Shown: positions 8,309 through 16,783 of the stretch, piece after piece | Position numbering within the stretch: position 1 is the first letter of the stretch | Layout: every line of letters starts with the position of its first letter | Origin: a virus | Lineage: Duplodnaviria > Caudoviricetes | IMG/VR virus record: IMGVR_UViG_3300023283_000006 | Location: 1 to 25,834 of that record | Reading direction: 5' to 3' (one strand) | DNA length: 25,834 nucleotides | Made by a program: the position numbers and the translations under genes | Notes under the pieces: model-generated | Told to the model about the DNA's origin: nothing | The model's input: only the letters and a program-made list of their open reading frames with translations | Database searches by the model: none

Positions 8309-9141
8309 AGCCGCAACTCCACGACCGGCAGCGATGACAGTTCATAGACGAATTCGGTGCCATCACCACGCACGAACCGTGCCCGGAACTCGTCCGTGTC
8401 AAAACGCACGGGCACGTCGAAATCCCCCGACCACGTCAGCGTCTCGGTCGACTGGACATACTGCTCGACAAAACCATCAGTTGATCCGCCAGTCGCAGAC
8501 GTGTCCGAGCCATCGAGCGAGAACGAATCGGCATCGACCGTTGTAACAATCCACACCTGATCGTCGATCTCAGCCAATCCCGTCCCGGTAATCCAGATTT
8601 CCTCGCCATCGCTGAGACCGTGAGCGCTTGACGTGGTCACGACCGCCGGTGATGCAGCGGTCACGTCCGTGATATCCAGATCCACGTCCTTTGCCAGAGT
8701 GACAACCCCGGTCGTCGTGTCGATGGATGCGAACGTGTAAGCCGCGCCATCGCGCTGCATCGTCACTGTGCCGCCTACAGGCTTGTTGATGCGCCGGACT
8801 TGCTGCTCGGTCGCGAGCGCATACGTCTTGATCAGATCGACGGTCGGCGAGCCGTCCGTAACCAACACCTCGTTGACAGCCTGGTAATCCTGCCAGTCGC
8901 GAAAGCGAAAGCCGACTGACCGCCCCCGAACCGAGCGGAAGAACGCGAGCAGTTCATCGCGCGTGGTCTCGTCGATGAACGCCTCGCCGAGTTCCCATCG
9001 TCCGCGCGCGACATCCCATCGTGGCGAGCGGTGTTCATGGCCCGAGTTCAGAATGACGACATCCGTCGCGTGCGTCGGACCCCCGACCTCGCCGAAATCC
9101 TTGCGCAGGTCCAGCCGCTCTTCGATGAATGCGCTCATCAC
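8305..9141 (-). CDS. Distal tail protein (DUF2460 / TIGR02217) with inserted domain
   Basis: GGPTHATDVV...SGHEHR..RW, FF..VRGR..GFRFRDW.DY and FDVPVRFDTD; follows the tape measure gene. Confidence 0.9.
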   Translation of the reverse strand: MMSAFIEERLDLRKDFGEVGGPTHATDVVILNSGHEHRSPRWDVARGRWELGEAFIDETTRDELLAFFRSVRGRSVGFRFRDWQDYQAVNEVLVTDGSPTVDLIKTYALATEQQVRRINKPVGGTVTMQRDGAAYTFASIDTTTGVVTLAKDVDLDITDVTAASPAVVTTSSAHGLSDGEEIWITGTGLAEIDDQVWIVTTVDADSFSLDGSDTSATGGSTDGFVEQYVQSTETLTWSGDFDVPVRFDTDEFRARFVRGDGTEFVYELSSLPVVELRL

Positions 9142-10994
9142 TGGCCTCCCTGAATACCATCACGCGCATCACGTGCGATCGCCGCACGCGATCGGCGGAA
9201 CGATTGCACGTCCGGCGTCTGGATATTCTGCACGACGGTCACGTTACGGCCCATCGACTGTTCGTTTGGCAACACACTGCCCGACTGATCCGGCACAAAC
9301 ACCTCGGGGCCGCGCTCGCCGACGATCGACGGCACACCAACACGCGGTCGTCCGCCGTCCGCAAAGCCGGGCAGCAGGTCCGAGAATAATCCGCCGATGC
9401 CCGACTCGGATATGAGGCCGCCGCCACCGGACCCACCAAAAAGAGAGCCCAGCACGTTTTCAGCCGCGCTCTCGGCCGCCATCCTGCGAAGGGTTGTGAC
9501 GAACGAATCAAGCATGCCCGACAGTCCTTCGTCGAACGGATCGAACAGGAAGTCGGCGAACGCATCCTGCGTGTTGCGCGCTGCCTGCACGGCGAACTCG
9601 GACAGTTCGTCGCCCGTCTGCTGCGCCTGCTCGCCGGCATCTTCGAGGCGATTGCGCGCCTGCTCCATCGCACGATTGAACGTCTCGACGTCGATCGCGC
9701 CGGCTTCGAACAGCGTGCTCAGTGTCTCTGCCCGATCCTCGAACTGTTCGAGCGGCGTTCGCACCGCCTCAGTAATGCGCTCACCCTCGGCCTGCAACTG
9801 ACGCGCGATCTCGTCGCGTGCATCGCGCGCGGACTCGACCACATCCATGATGCCGAACAGGTCGGTCGGTGCTGTGCGTTCGGTCTCCGTTGCCTCTGCC
9901 TGATCGACTACGACAGGTGATGGTGCCTGTTCTGTCTCTACAGGCTCTGCGGCAGCGGCCGCAGCACCGCCACCCCTGTTCAGCTCCTTCGCTAGCTCGA
10001 TGCGTTCTTCGAGGATGGCGCGCTCTTCCCGCAGCCGCTGCGCCTGGCTCGACGTGAGCGCGCGGGGGTTCGCCAGTTGTTGATTGATGTCGTTGAGTCT
10101 TTCATTGAGCCGCACGAGATCATCAGCGGCGATTCCGTTGACGAACGCAGCCAGTTCCTCGCCGACAAAGCGCGTGACGTTGACAATGCCCGACCCCACC
10201 TTGGCCGCTGCGATCGCCACGTCCGTCAGTGCCGTCGCAAGCGTTGATAGCTGCTGCGCATTATTCGCCACGGTCTGTGCGAACTGCGCTGTCAATACCT
10301 CTTTCAGCGCCCGGAAATCACGCGCAGCCTCCGCCGAATCCCGCACCAGCTCGTCCGATACAACAGCTCCCGCCTCACGGGCCTCGCGGGCGAACCGCTC
10401 CAGCCCTTCTCCTCCCTGCGTAATCAGCGGGAGCAGACGCTGCCCGACCTCATCACCGAGAATGCGCACGGCCAGCGCGGTCCGACGCGCGGGGTCCTCG
10501 ATGCCGCTAAGTCTCTCGGCAAACAGCTCGAACAGCTCACCCGGGGCCTTACCCCGCAGCTCGTCGACCGCAATACCGGCCGCCTCAAAATCATCCTGGA
10601 ACGACTGCATGCCGCTGATCGCATCATCGGCACGATCGGACAGCGTGGCGAGTGCATCACTGACGTCGCGATTTTCAAGCCCGAACTGACGGAACGTGAA
10701 CGACAGTTCCTGAATGGTCTGACGTGATGCGCCGAGCGATTCGGCCTGCCGGTTGATCTGCTCGAAATTGTTGAGCGTTCCAGAGATCGCCCGCCCAACA
10801 CCGATCGCACCGAGGCCGACCAGCGCACCGCGCAGGCTGAATATCCCATCGGTCACGCGCCGTGCCGTACCCTCGACACGATCGAGCACACGACCAAAGC
10901 GCGATGTGCGCTGCTGCGCCTGATCCAGACCGCGATTAAAGCGTCGCGAGTCCGTGCGCAGTTCGAGTTCCGCGCTGCCGAGGTTTTCAGCCAT
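9138..10994 (-). CDS. Tail tape measure protein (618 aa)
   Basis: Ala/Glu/Arg-rich helical sequence; N-terminal LGSAELELRTD; C-terminal FADGG...VGERGPEVFVP motif; canonical position. Confidence 0.9.
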   Translation of the reverse strand: MAENLGSAELELRTDSRRFNRGLDQAQQRTSRFGRVLDRVEGTARRVTDGIFSLRGALVGLGAIGVGRAISGTLNNFEQINRQAESLGASRQTIQELSFTFRQFGLENRDVSDALATLSDRADDAISGMQSFQDDFEAAGIAVDELRGKAPGELFELFAERLSGIEDPARRTALAVRILGDEVGQRLLPLITQGGEGLERFAREAREAGAVVSDELVRDSAEAARDFRALKEVLTAQFAQTVANNAQQLSTLATALTDVAIAAAKVGSGIVNVTRFVGEELAAFVNGIAADDLVRLNERLNDINQQLANPRALTSSQAQRLREERAILEERIELAKELNRGGGAAAAAAEPVETEQAPSPVVVDQAEATETERTAPTDLFGIMDVVESARDARDEIARQLQAEGERITEAVRTPLEQFEDRAETLSTLFEAGAIDVETFNRAMEQARNRLEDAGEQAQQTGDELSEFAVQAARNTQDAFADFLFDPFDEGLSGMLDSFVTTLRRMAAESAAENVLGSLFGGSGGGGLISESGIGGLFSDLLPGFADGGRPRVGVPSIVGERGPEVFVPDQSGSVLPNEQSMGRNVTVVQNIQTPDVQSFRRSRAAIARDARDGIQGGQ

Positions 10995-11346
10995 CGCTCA
11001 CGACCTTGATGCCCATGGATTCCAGGTCCGCCTTTGTCGCCGGCCGGGCTCTTCGCCTGCCACGTGGATACGCACGCTGCTTGAGCTGGCGTATTGCACG
11101 ACTGGAAGCCTCGCGCTTGACCATGCCGGAACCGAGGCTTGCGTCATTGATCCGCTCCAGACTCTCGCGCGCGCTCAACCGGTCGATGGCGTGGATGTAG
11201 GATCGCACGAGCGCCATCGGAATCTTTAGCCAGCGTTCCGGGTCGCCTCCGTAGAACCGCTGGAGTCGTGCAATAACTTCTCCGGGGTCGTACTCTTCGT
11301 CTTCCCGCTGGCCTCCTGACCCTTCTGAGCCCAGCGGTTCGTAAAA
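10987..11346 (-). CDS. Tail assembly chaperone T-frame (C-terminal part of a G-T frameshift product)
   Basis: The -1 frame relative to the G gene is open from at least GCT TTT ACG (about 11346) through EYDPGEVIARLQRFYGGDPERWLKIPMALVRSY... to the stop at 10987. The ORF track only calls 10987..11217. Confidence 0.7.
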   Translation of the reverse strand, partial: FYEPLGSEGSGGQREDEEYDPGEVIARLQRFYGGDPERWLKIPMALVRSYIHAIDRLSARESLERINDASLGSGMVKREASSRAIRQLKQRAYPRGRRRARPATKADLESMGIKVVSDG

Positions 11347-11648
11347 GCACGGATGATCTGGACCCGCTGTCGTTCGCTCAGGCGGTCGACAACATCACTG
11401 CCGAGGTCGGGCAGGATGATGCCGAGGATTTCACGCTCTGTCGCGTCGATCTTCTCGGCCAGGTGTTCGTTGTTGCCATCAATCCGCTCGCTAAACAGTT
11501 TGTCGAGCACCTGCCCATCGGCATGCAGGCGATGCGAGTCGAGCAGCGTCAGCTCATCGGGGCTTCGGAAATAGTAAGACTCTCCGTCGATCGTGATGTA
11601 GTAATCACGACGACCGAGTGTGTCGAGATCGAGCAGGGATTCGGCCAT
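11226..11648 (-). CDS. Tail assembly chaperone (lambda G-like)
   Basis: Lies between tail tube and TMP; LLDLDTL...ITIDGESY.FRSPDEL. GGAG SD precedes ATG 11648 (alternative ATG 11660). Confidence 0.8.
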   Translation of the reverse strand: MAESLLDLDTLGRRDYYITIDGESYYFRSPDELTLLDSHRLHADGQVLDKLFSERIDGNNEHLAEKIDATEREILGIILPDLGSDVVDRLSERQRVQIIRAFTNRWAQKGQEASGKTKSTTPEKLLHDSSGSTEATRNAG

Positions 11649-11832
11649 GATGCTCTCCATCTTCGCCGCTGAATTTCAGGGGTATGCCGTGCTCTGCGTA
11701 CAGCTTGCGCAGTTGCTCGGCCTCGTGTTTTGCCGCCCGCAGGCGACGTCGATGACGCGCGATCGCGCTCTTGTGCGCCTTGGCCTCGGCCTCCAGCGCA
11801 TCAAGGCGTTCACGATCGCGCGCCGGGTCCAT
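11605..11832 (-). CDS. Small basic coiled-coil hypothetical protein
   Basis: ATG overlaps the tail tube stop (TGATG); helical pattern ERLDALEAEAKAHKSAIARHRRRLRAAKHEAEQLRK. Confidence 0.55.
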   Translation of the reverse strand: MDPARDRERLDALEAEAKAHKSAIARHRRRLRAAKHEAEQLRKLYAEHGIPLKFSGEDGEHHGRIPARSRHTRSS

Positions 11833-12425
11833 CAGGTGCCCGACTGTGCCGTAATCCGACCGAACCGCTCGGCATCCGACGCCGCGTTCAGGTCTTCCAT
11901 GGCGCGAAATTCGAGCGCCAGGCCCGCCGGCTCGCCCTTCTGGTACACCACCTCGGGCGATGCACCGGAGCGCACTTTCGGCACCTCATACTGCATCAGG
12001 CCACCGTCCATGTAGGGCGATGGACCGCGCACGAGCAGCGCCCGGAAGTTCACCTGCGGCCCACGATAGAACTCCAGCACCTTGTTCGGCGGCGTATCAC
12101 CGCTGTTGTCGACGATGGTGTTGAAGTTCAGTACACGCGCCTGTTCTTCAAGGCGCACGTCATGGATCGTGAGCGCGATGATCAAATCCTCCGACGTACG
12201 GAATGCCTTGATCGGCCCGACACTATCCAGCGTGCGGAAGTCGGATACCGATTCCTCGTGCGTGATCGAAACGCCATCCTCGCTGTAGCTGCGCGCGCCG
12301 TTTTTGCCGATCAGCACCCAGTTACCGCCCGGTGGCGTCGTGTCGATCGACGGAAACGGCTCGCCGACCGGCGCGCTATAAATCTCGAACGGAGCTGCGA
12401 TCACTTCAAATGGTTCGCTCGCCAT
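11832..12425 (-). CDS. Major tail (tube) protein
   Basis: Strong AGGAG SD; EIYSAPVGEPFP...WVLIG...SEDGVSITHEES and YQKGEPAGLALEFRAM; position after the tail terminator. Confidence 0.85.
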   Translation of the reverse strand: MASEPFEVIAAPFEIYSAPVGEPFPSIDTTPPGGNWVLIGKNGARSYSEDGVSITHEESVSDFRTLDSVGPIKAFRTSEDLIIALTIHDVRLEEQARVLNFNTIVDNSGDTPPNKVLEFYRGPQVNFRALLVRGPSPYMDGGLMQYEVPKVRSGASPEVVYQKGEPAGLALEFRAMEDLNAASDAERFGRITAQSGT

Positions 12426-12435
12426 GTCTTGTCTC

Positions 12436-12861
12436 CTATGTTACCGACCGCTCGTCGGCGAATACCTGATAGCTGCGTACCATGACCGGCCAGTCGGTCT
12501 GCGCATCGAACAGCGGCTGCGGACCGCCCGCAGGCTGAGCCCAGTGTAATACGGCATCACTGTGCACGCCACGCCCGAGCCTGCGCATTACGTCCCCGGC
12601 GGTACGCAATACGCGATCCGCCTCGTAGTGTGTCTCGCCGTAGCAGCGCAGGTCCACGCGGAATGCGTTGAATGGCGCAGACCCGCTCGCATACGATGGC
12701 GTCGCGCCGCCGCCATAGGCGATTACAAGCGCCTTGCGCGGCTGCCCTGCTGCCTCGTCGTCCGGCAGGCGCACGCCATACAGGCGCGAGCCTACCAGAT
12801 TGGTCACATCGGCATCGCCCGTGAGCACTGCGAGCAAGCCGGCGACGGGATCGACAATCAT
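12436..12861 (-). CDS. Tail terminator / completion protein (DUF3168-like)
   Basis: L..DADVTNLVGSRLY...LP and RVDLRCYG motifs; position. Confidence 0.8.
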   Translation of the reverse strand: MIVDPVAGLLAVLTGDADVTNLVGSRLYGVRLPDDEAAGQPRKALVIAYGGGATPSYASGSAPFNAFRVDLRCYGETHYEADRVLRTAGDVMRRLGRGVHSDAVLHWAQPAGGPQPLFDAQTDWPVMVRSYQVFADERSVT

Positions 12862-13220
12862 CGCACGAACCGCCGGATCTGACGTGCCAGCATCGGATAG
12901 GTCGCATCAGCCGCCGGGCGCAGGTACGGACGCGCGGGTATCGCCGCCGGCCCCGGGGCCATGCCCGGCGCACCGCCCAGCTCGTGGATGAGGGCATAGC
13001 GCACGTCCGTCGAGCCCCACAGGCCGCGCACGGTGTTGCCCTCGCGCGCGGCCGGCTGTGATGTCTTGATCGAGCCTTCGAGCGTACCGGTGCGGTTATT
13101 CCACGCGTGGTTGGACTTCGCCTGGATCACCGCCAGCGACATGGTCGAGTCCACGCCCTTGCGCGCTGCATCGCCGATGCGCGCCTTGACCTGTTTACCC
13201 CGCCACTTGACACCCATCAC
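12858..13220 (-). CDS. Neck protein, HK97 gp10-like
   Basis: RTGTLEGSI, YALIHELG and IPARPYLRPA. Confidence 0.85.
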   Translation of the reverse strand: MMGVKWRGKQVKARIGDAARKGVDSTMSLAVIQAKSNHAWNNRTGTLEGSIKTSQPAAREGNTVRGLWGSTDVRYALIHELGGAPGMAPGPAAIPARPYLRPAADATYPMLARQIRRFVR

Positions 13221-13579
13221 TCGACCCTCTGCAACATGGCCGTCAGGTGATCGCCCTTGAGCCGGATCGTTTCGATCGACAGTGGGCCGGAAAACACGAC
13301 ACGATCCCGGCGATCGGTAATCGCTGCGATGCGGTCGGCCTCGATCACATCGGCGTCGGCCGGGAAGATGGCGCGGATTTCCTCGATCGTGGCTGTGCGA
13401 TCGACGTCGACTGCAACCTTGCGACTGCTCGACCAGACACGGCAGGGGATCGTCGCGTGCGCGGCGTAGGACGACGCATCCGACTGTCCCCAGGGATCAG
13501 AAGTCGTCGTCTGATCACGCTCGACGGTGGCGCGCTGGGTCATCAGACTGCGCGTACGGGAGTCAACACGCGCGATCAT
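13217..13579 (-). CDS. Head closure / head-tail adaptor
   Basis: Size, position and pattern D.WGQ...IPCRVW...DVIEADRI; ATGA overlap with the upstream gene. Confidence 0.7.
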   Translation of the reverse strand: MIARVDSRTRSLMTQRATVERDQTTTSDPWGQSDASSYAAHATIPCRVWSSSRKVAVDVDRTATIEEIRAIFPADADVIEADRIAAITDRRDRVVFSGPLSIETIRLKGDHLTAMLQRVE

Positions 13580-14109
13580 GCAACCGGCCTCCGGGTCTTG
13601 CGTAGCGGCCGGATGGCCGCCTCATACTGATCACGCGGTACGCCGTGGCTGATGTTGATATCGCCATAGCGCTCACTAGTAAGGCCGGAGAACTGAACAG
13701 CGAGCTTGACCAGGTCGATCTGGACGCGATCACGCAGCGCCGTATCGACAACCGGTTGATAAGTAACCTCTGTGATGGGCGCGAATAGGCGCGCTGGATT
13801 GGGGCCATCACCCCGCCGTACGATCGTGCGGCTCAGCACCTGCTCATAGTCGGTCGCGTCGAGTGTCGTCGCAGTGCCGTCGTGGTCGTGGCGCTCGACG
13901 ATCGCGCTTATGCTGTCGATCTTGCGACGTGTCTGTACTTCCCGATACTTGCCGTGCGGGAAATGCGGCGAGCGAAAAACATCCGTTACCGGCCCGATTT
14001 CACCGGCAATATCCGTGATCTCGGATGCCGCCGCATCGGCCAGACGTGTCAATGCTGCATCACCGAGGTCGGTCTCGATGTGCTCACGCAGTTCGGCAAC
14101 CGTCAGCAT
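13576..14109 (-). CDS. Head-tail connector (adaptor)
   Basis: Start MLTVAELREHI at 14109; DAALTRLADAA..EI; C-terminal LTSERYGDINIS motif typical of gp6/gp15-like adaptors. Confidence 0.8.
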   Translation of the reverse strand: MLTVAELREHIETDLGDAALTRLADAAASEITDIAGEIGPVTDVFRSPHFPHGKYREVQTRRKIDSISAIVERHDHDGTATTLDATDYEQVLSRTIVRRGDGPNPARLFAPITEVTYQPVVDTALRDRVQIDLVKLAVQFSGLTSERYGDINISHGVPRDQYEAAIRPLRKTRRPVA

Positions 14110-14111
14110 GA

Positions 14112-14450
14112 CTACATCCGGAACGCGCCCAGCTCCATGCCGGTCGCATCGTCGAACGTGATCGAGAGCTTGTCCGCGCTGTCGTTGTAGATACCGGGCG
14201 GGAACGGACCAGCAAAAACCTCGGCACCTGCCGTAACGGTGATCGCCTGATCGGCTAGCGCCAGTCCACCACGACTGAGCGTGGACTCGATCATCACCGT
14301 ATGGTCCGACGCATCGGTGTTCTTGACCCACAGCATGACGCGTCCGTCATTGACGACGCGGTGCGTATCCGCCGTATTCAGACCGCTAGAGCGCGTCGGT
14401 GCGATGCCAGTCGGCGCGATGTTCTGCGTGTTGATGTCTACATCAGCCAT
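14112..14450 (-). CDS. Hypothetical virion protein (beta-rich, possible decoration protein)
   Basis: GGAG SD; NDGRVMLWVKN...GPFPPGIYN; lies in the post-capsid cluster. Confidence 0.6.
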   Translation of the reverse strand: MADVDINTQNIAPTGIAPTRSSGLNTADTHRVVNDGRVMLWVKNTDASDHTVMIESTLSRGGLALADQAITVTAGAEVFAGPFPPGIYNDSADKLSITFDDATGMELGAFRM

Positions 14451-14453
14451 TGA

Positions 14454-14717
14454 TCAGCTCCCGGACTTATCGTTGACGCGCTGTTTATGGCGCTTGTCCT
14501 TCCGCGTTCGCTTGTCACGCTTGATCGCACCGTCGACAAGCCCGCACGCATCGGCCTGCGACTGCGGGATGTCGCGTCCCTCGGGACCGAGCAGTGTCTG
14601 GCGCGACGGGTCATCCGCACAGACCGCTCGGCCTTGGTCATCGAGGTACGTACGTTGCTTGAGATTGACCATGTCTTCCTCGGCTTGGTCTCGTCGTGAC
14701 TCGACGGTGAGCGCCAC
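14454..14717 (-). CDS. Hypothetical protein with basic C-terminal tail
   Basis: Fills the gap between neighbours; C-terminus KRDKRTRKDKRHKQRVNDK resembles small post-capsid proteins. Confidence 0.6.
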   Translation of the reverse strand: MALTVESRRDQAEEDMVNLKQRTYLDDQGRAVCADDPSRQTLLGPEGRDIPQSQADACGLVDGAIKRDKRTRKDKRHKQRVNDKSGS

Positions 14718-14718
14718 G

Positions 14719-14997
14719 TCATTCCTCGCCCGTGATCAGCACACTGACTGTGGAGACCTGGCCCGCGTCGGCGATCGCGTAAAGCCCCTCGCCTGCTCGC
14801 AGATGAACGAGAAAGGCCGAGCCCACGTCGTTCGTCTTGATCAGCGGGAACCCTGCCCCGAAGGCGACACTCGATCCACCGACATCGACGTCCTGGCTGC
14901 CGGCGTTGAATACGTGGCAATCGACGCCGCGGCCCGACGTTAATCGGTGTAACAAGGTAACAGTCTCGTCCACGGTCACCTGTTTGCCCGTCGCCAT
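14719..14997 (-). CDS. Hypothetical virion protein (small beta-sandwich)
   Basis: TGATG coupling with GGAGG SD; VFNAGSQDVDVGGSSV...GFPL...GEGLYAIA pattern. Confidence 0.6.
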   Translation of the reverse strand: MATGKQVTVDETVTLLHRLTSGRGVDCHVFNAGSQDVDVGGSSVAFGAGFPLIKTNDVGSAFLVHLRAGEGLYAIADAGQVSTVSVLITGEE

Positions 14998-15248
14998 CAG
15001 TCCTCCTGCCAGGCCACCAGCAGAAAGTTGCCGTTGTCGCTCGTACCGCCGCCGTTGTTGATCACGCCGACGTCAGTGATCGAATACTCGGACGTCTTGT
15101 CATTGCGCGTGACCAGATCCGCACTGAACTCCGTAACCGTGATCAACGTGTTGCCGGTCTCGATACCGGGTACTACCTTGTCACCAGCCGCACCACCGAG
15201 CGCGACGGTCGACCCGACACCTTTAGCTGCATCCAGAATGGTCGCCAT
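14997..15248 (-). CDS. Hypothetical virion protein immediately after the capsid gene
   Basis: GGAGG SD before ATG 15248; Gly/Thr/Val-rich 83 aa. Confidence 0.65.
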   Translation of the reverse strand: MATILDAAKGVGSTVALGGAAGDKVVPGIETGNTLITVTEFSADLVTRNDKTSEYSITDVGVINNGGGTSDNGNFLLVAWQED

Positions 15249-15261
15249 GATTCCTCCCGAA

Positions 15262-15289
15262 GACCCCGGCGACCTATGCCGCCGGGGCC
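15262..15289 (-). terminator. GC-rich stem-loop after the capsid gene (weak terminator or mRNA stabiliser)
   Basis: GGCCCCGGCG-gcataggt-CGCCGGGGTC followed by only TT. Confidence 0.55.
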
Positions 15290-15308
15290 GTCGTTATTGC
15301 AGGCCCGA

Positions 15309-16604
15309 TCAGAGGCCGGTGACCTCGGCAAAAGCCGAAGGCCGGAACAGGACGAACGCCGCGCGCATGTCCGCACGCATGGTCCGCTTGCCCTCGACGA
15401 ACTGCGTGCCGACGAATCCGACCTGGATGTCGACACCGCGTCGCTCGTAGAGAGCGCCCATCTCCGGGGTGAACGCACCGAGATACGCGGTACCGGCCGC
15501 CATCGCATCCGACTGCACGATCGGCAGGCCCCAGATGCGGGGGTTGCCGGCATCGCTCGGATTGCCCCAGATGTACTGGTCCTCCGAGGTCCGCAGCAGC
15601 CGGATCGACTGCCAGTCGTTTGGGTGCATGATCACATGCGTGGTAGCCGCCCGACCGTTGAGCCGCACCAGCGTCATCGCCTTGTGAATCGCATCCGGGA
15701 TCGGATCAGTACCACGAGCCTGCGACTGAATGCCGGTCGTGTTCGCAATGCCGGTCAGGTTGGGTGCGACGCCATCGCCGATGACTACCTGCGCATCAAG
15801 CCGCTGGCGCAGACCGAACGTGAGGCGGTTGTTCAAGAATCCCTCGGCCTGAGCGACATCCTCGAGCTGCTCGTCGGTGACAGGAATCGACGTCGCGACC
15901 TTGCGCACCGGTGATGTCTGCTCGGTGAATGCGAACGCGGCCTCGGGATACGTCCCGCCTTCCGCCGTTTCAGCGGCTGCGTGCGTGCGGGTGGTCTCTT
16001 CCATGTAGACGATCTGGTCCTGGCCCGTCTGCGCCATCGGCACAATATCGAGCACCTGGATCGGCCGGGTGGTCGCCTCGACAAAGCCCGGAATCCGCGT
16101 GGACTCCGGCGCCCAGCCGGCACCCGTCTCGAACAGCGTCTTCTCGCGGATCGTGTTGGTACCGCCCGCCTTCGCCAGCATGTCCGAGGGATAGACCTCG
16201 TCCATACGGAACGACAAGCCGTTCTTGGCACCGTCCTTGACCCACTCGCGATAACGCTTCGAGCCCACGACCTCGGCACCGATCGACTTGCGGCTTCGAC
16301 CCTCGTCGCCGGTCGGATGCGGCAGGTCGTCGTGGACCTCATTGGCCCTGCGCCCCGCCTTCTCGACGGCTTCGAGGTTTTCGGCCTGCTTGCCGAGGTC
16401 ATTGCACTCGTCGTTGAGTTCTCTAACCTTTTCAGCAACTGCATTCTGAGAAAGGCCACTGCCAAAGACCCTGACCTTGTTGAGATCATATACCGATTCA
16501 CCGGAATCAGTTTGTGACTTGGCTTCCTCAAACGCCTTAGCAAGGAGATCCTGCTTCTCCTTCAGCTTCTCGTGCACCTCTTCGAGGTTTTTGACTGACA
16601 TCAT
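15309..16604 (-). CDS. Major capsid protein, HK97 fold with N-terminal delta domain
   Basis: Coiled-coil N-terminus; AAETAEGGTYPE, VRKVATSIPVTDEQLED, IGDGVAPNLTGI, MHPNDW..IRLL, RIWGLPIV and RPSAF; AGGAG SD. Confidence 0.95.
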   Translation of the reverse strand: MMSVKNLEEVHEKLKEKQDLLAKAFEEAKSQTDSGESVYDLNKVRVFGSGLSQNAVAEKVRELNDECNDLGKQAENLEAVEKAGRRANEVHDDLPHPTGDEGRSRKSIGAEVVGSKRYREWVKDGAKNGLSFRMDEVYPSDMLAKAGGTNTIREKTLFETGAGWAPESTRIPGFVEATTRPIQVLDIVPMAQTGQDQIVYMEETTRTHAAAETAEGGTYPEAAFAFTEQTSPVRKVATSIPVTDEQLEDVAQAEGFLNNRLTFGLRQRLDAQVVIGDGVAPNLTGIANTTGIQSQARGTDPIPDAIHKAMTLVRLNGRAATTHVIMHPNDWQSIRLLRTSEDQYIWGNPSDAGNPRIWGLPIVQSDAMAAGTAYLGAFTPEMGALYERRGVDIQVGFVGTQFVEGKRTMRADMRAAFVLFRPSAFAEVTGL

Positions 16605-16738
16605 ATTCTCCTGTTTGTCAACACTGGTTTAGTTAACTGCCAACAGGTCCTGCGCCTCGAAGAGCAGTATGGGCGGTCTGTTGTCTACAGTACCACTAAA
16701 TAGTCCGAGTCCTGCGCCCAGACGGCCTAGTCGTTTCC

Positions 16739-16767
16739 TCTATAACAGTGCGAATTCCGCGTGTCAA
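16739..16767 (-). promoter_or_regulatory. Sigma70-type promoter upstream of the capsid gene
   Basis: TTGACA (16767-16762), 17-bp spacer, TGn-extended TATAGA (16744-16739); AT-rich upstream sequence. Confidence 0.6.
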
Positions 16768-16783
16768 TAGAGAGATCGTGTTA

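Noticed and set aside
11300-11308. C GGG AAG as a lambda-like slippery site
   Set aside because: It is not GGGAAAG, and in the G frame -1 re-pairing would be poor.
14110-14331. Extended starts for the adaptor (also NlpC 7427, portal 20565, RBP 2292, 1664 and 25757)
   Set aside because: They overlap upstream genes extensively; downstream starts show coupling, an SD, or the family N-terminus.
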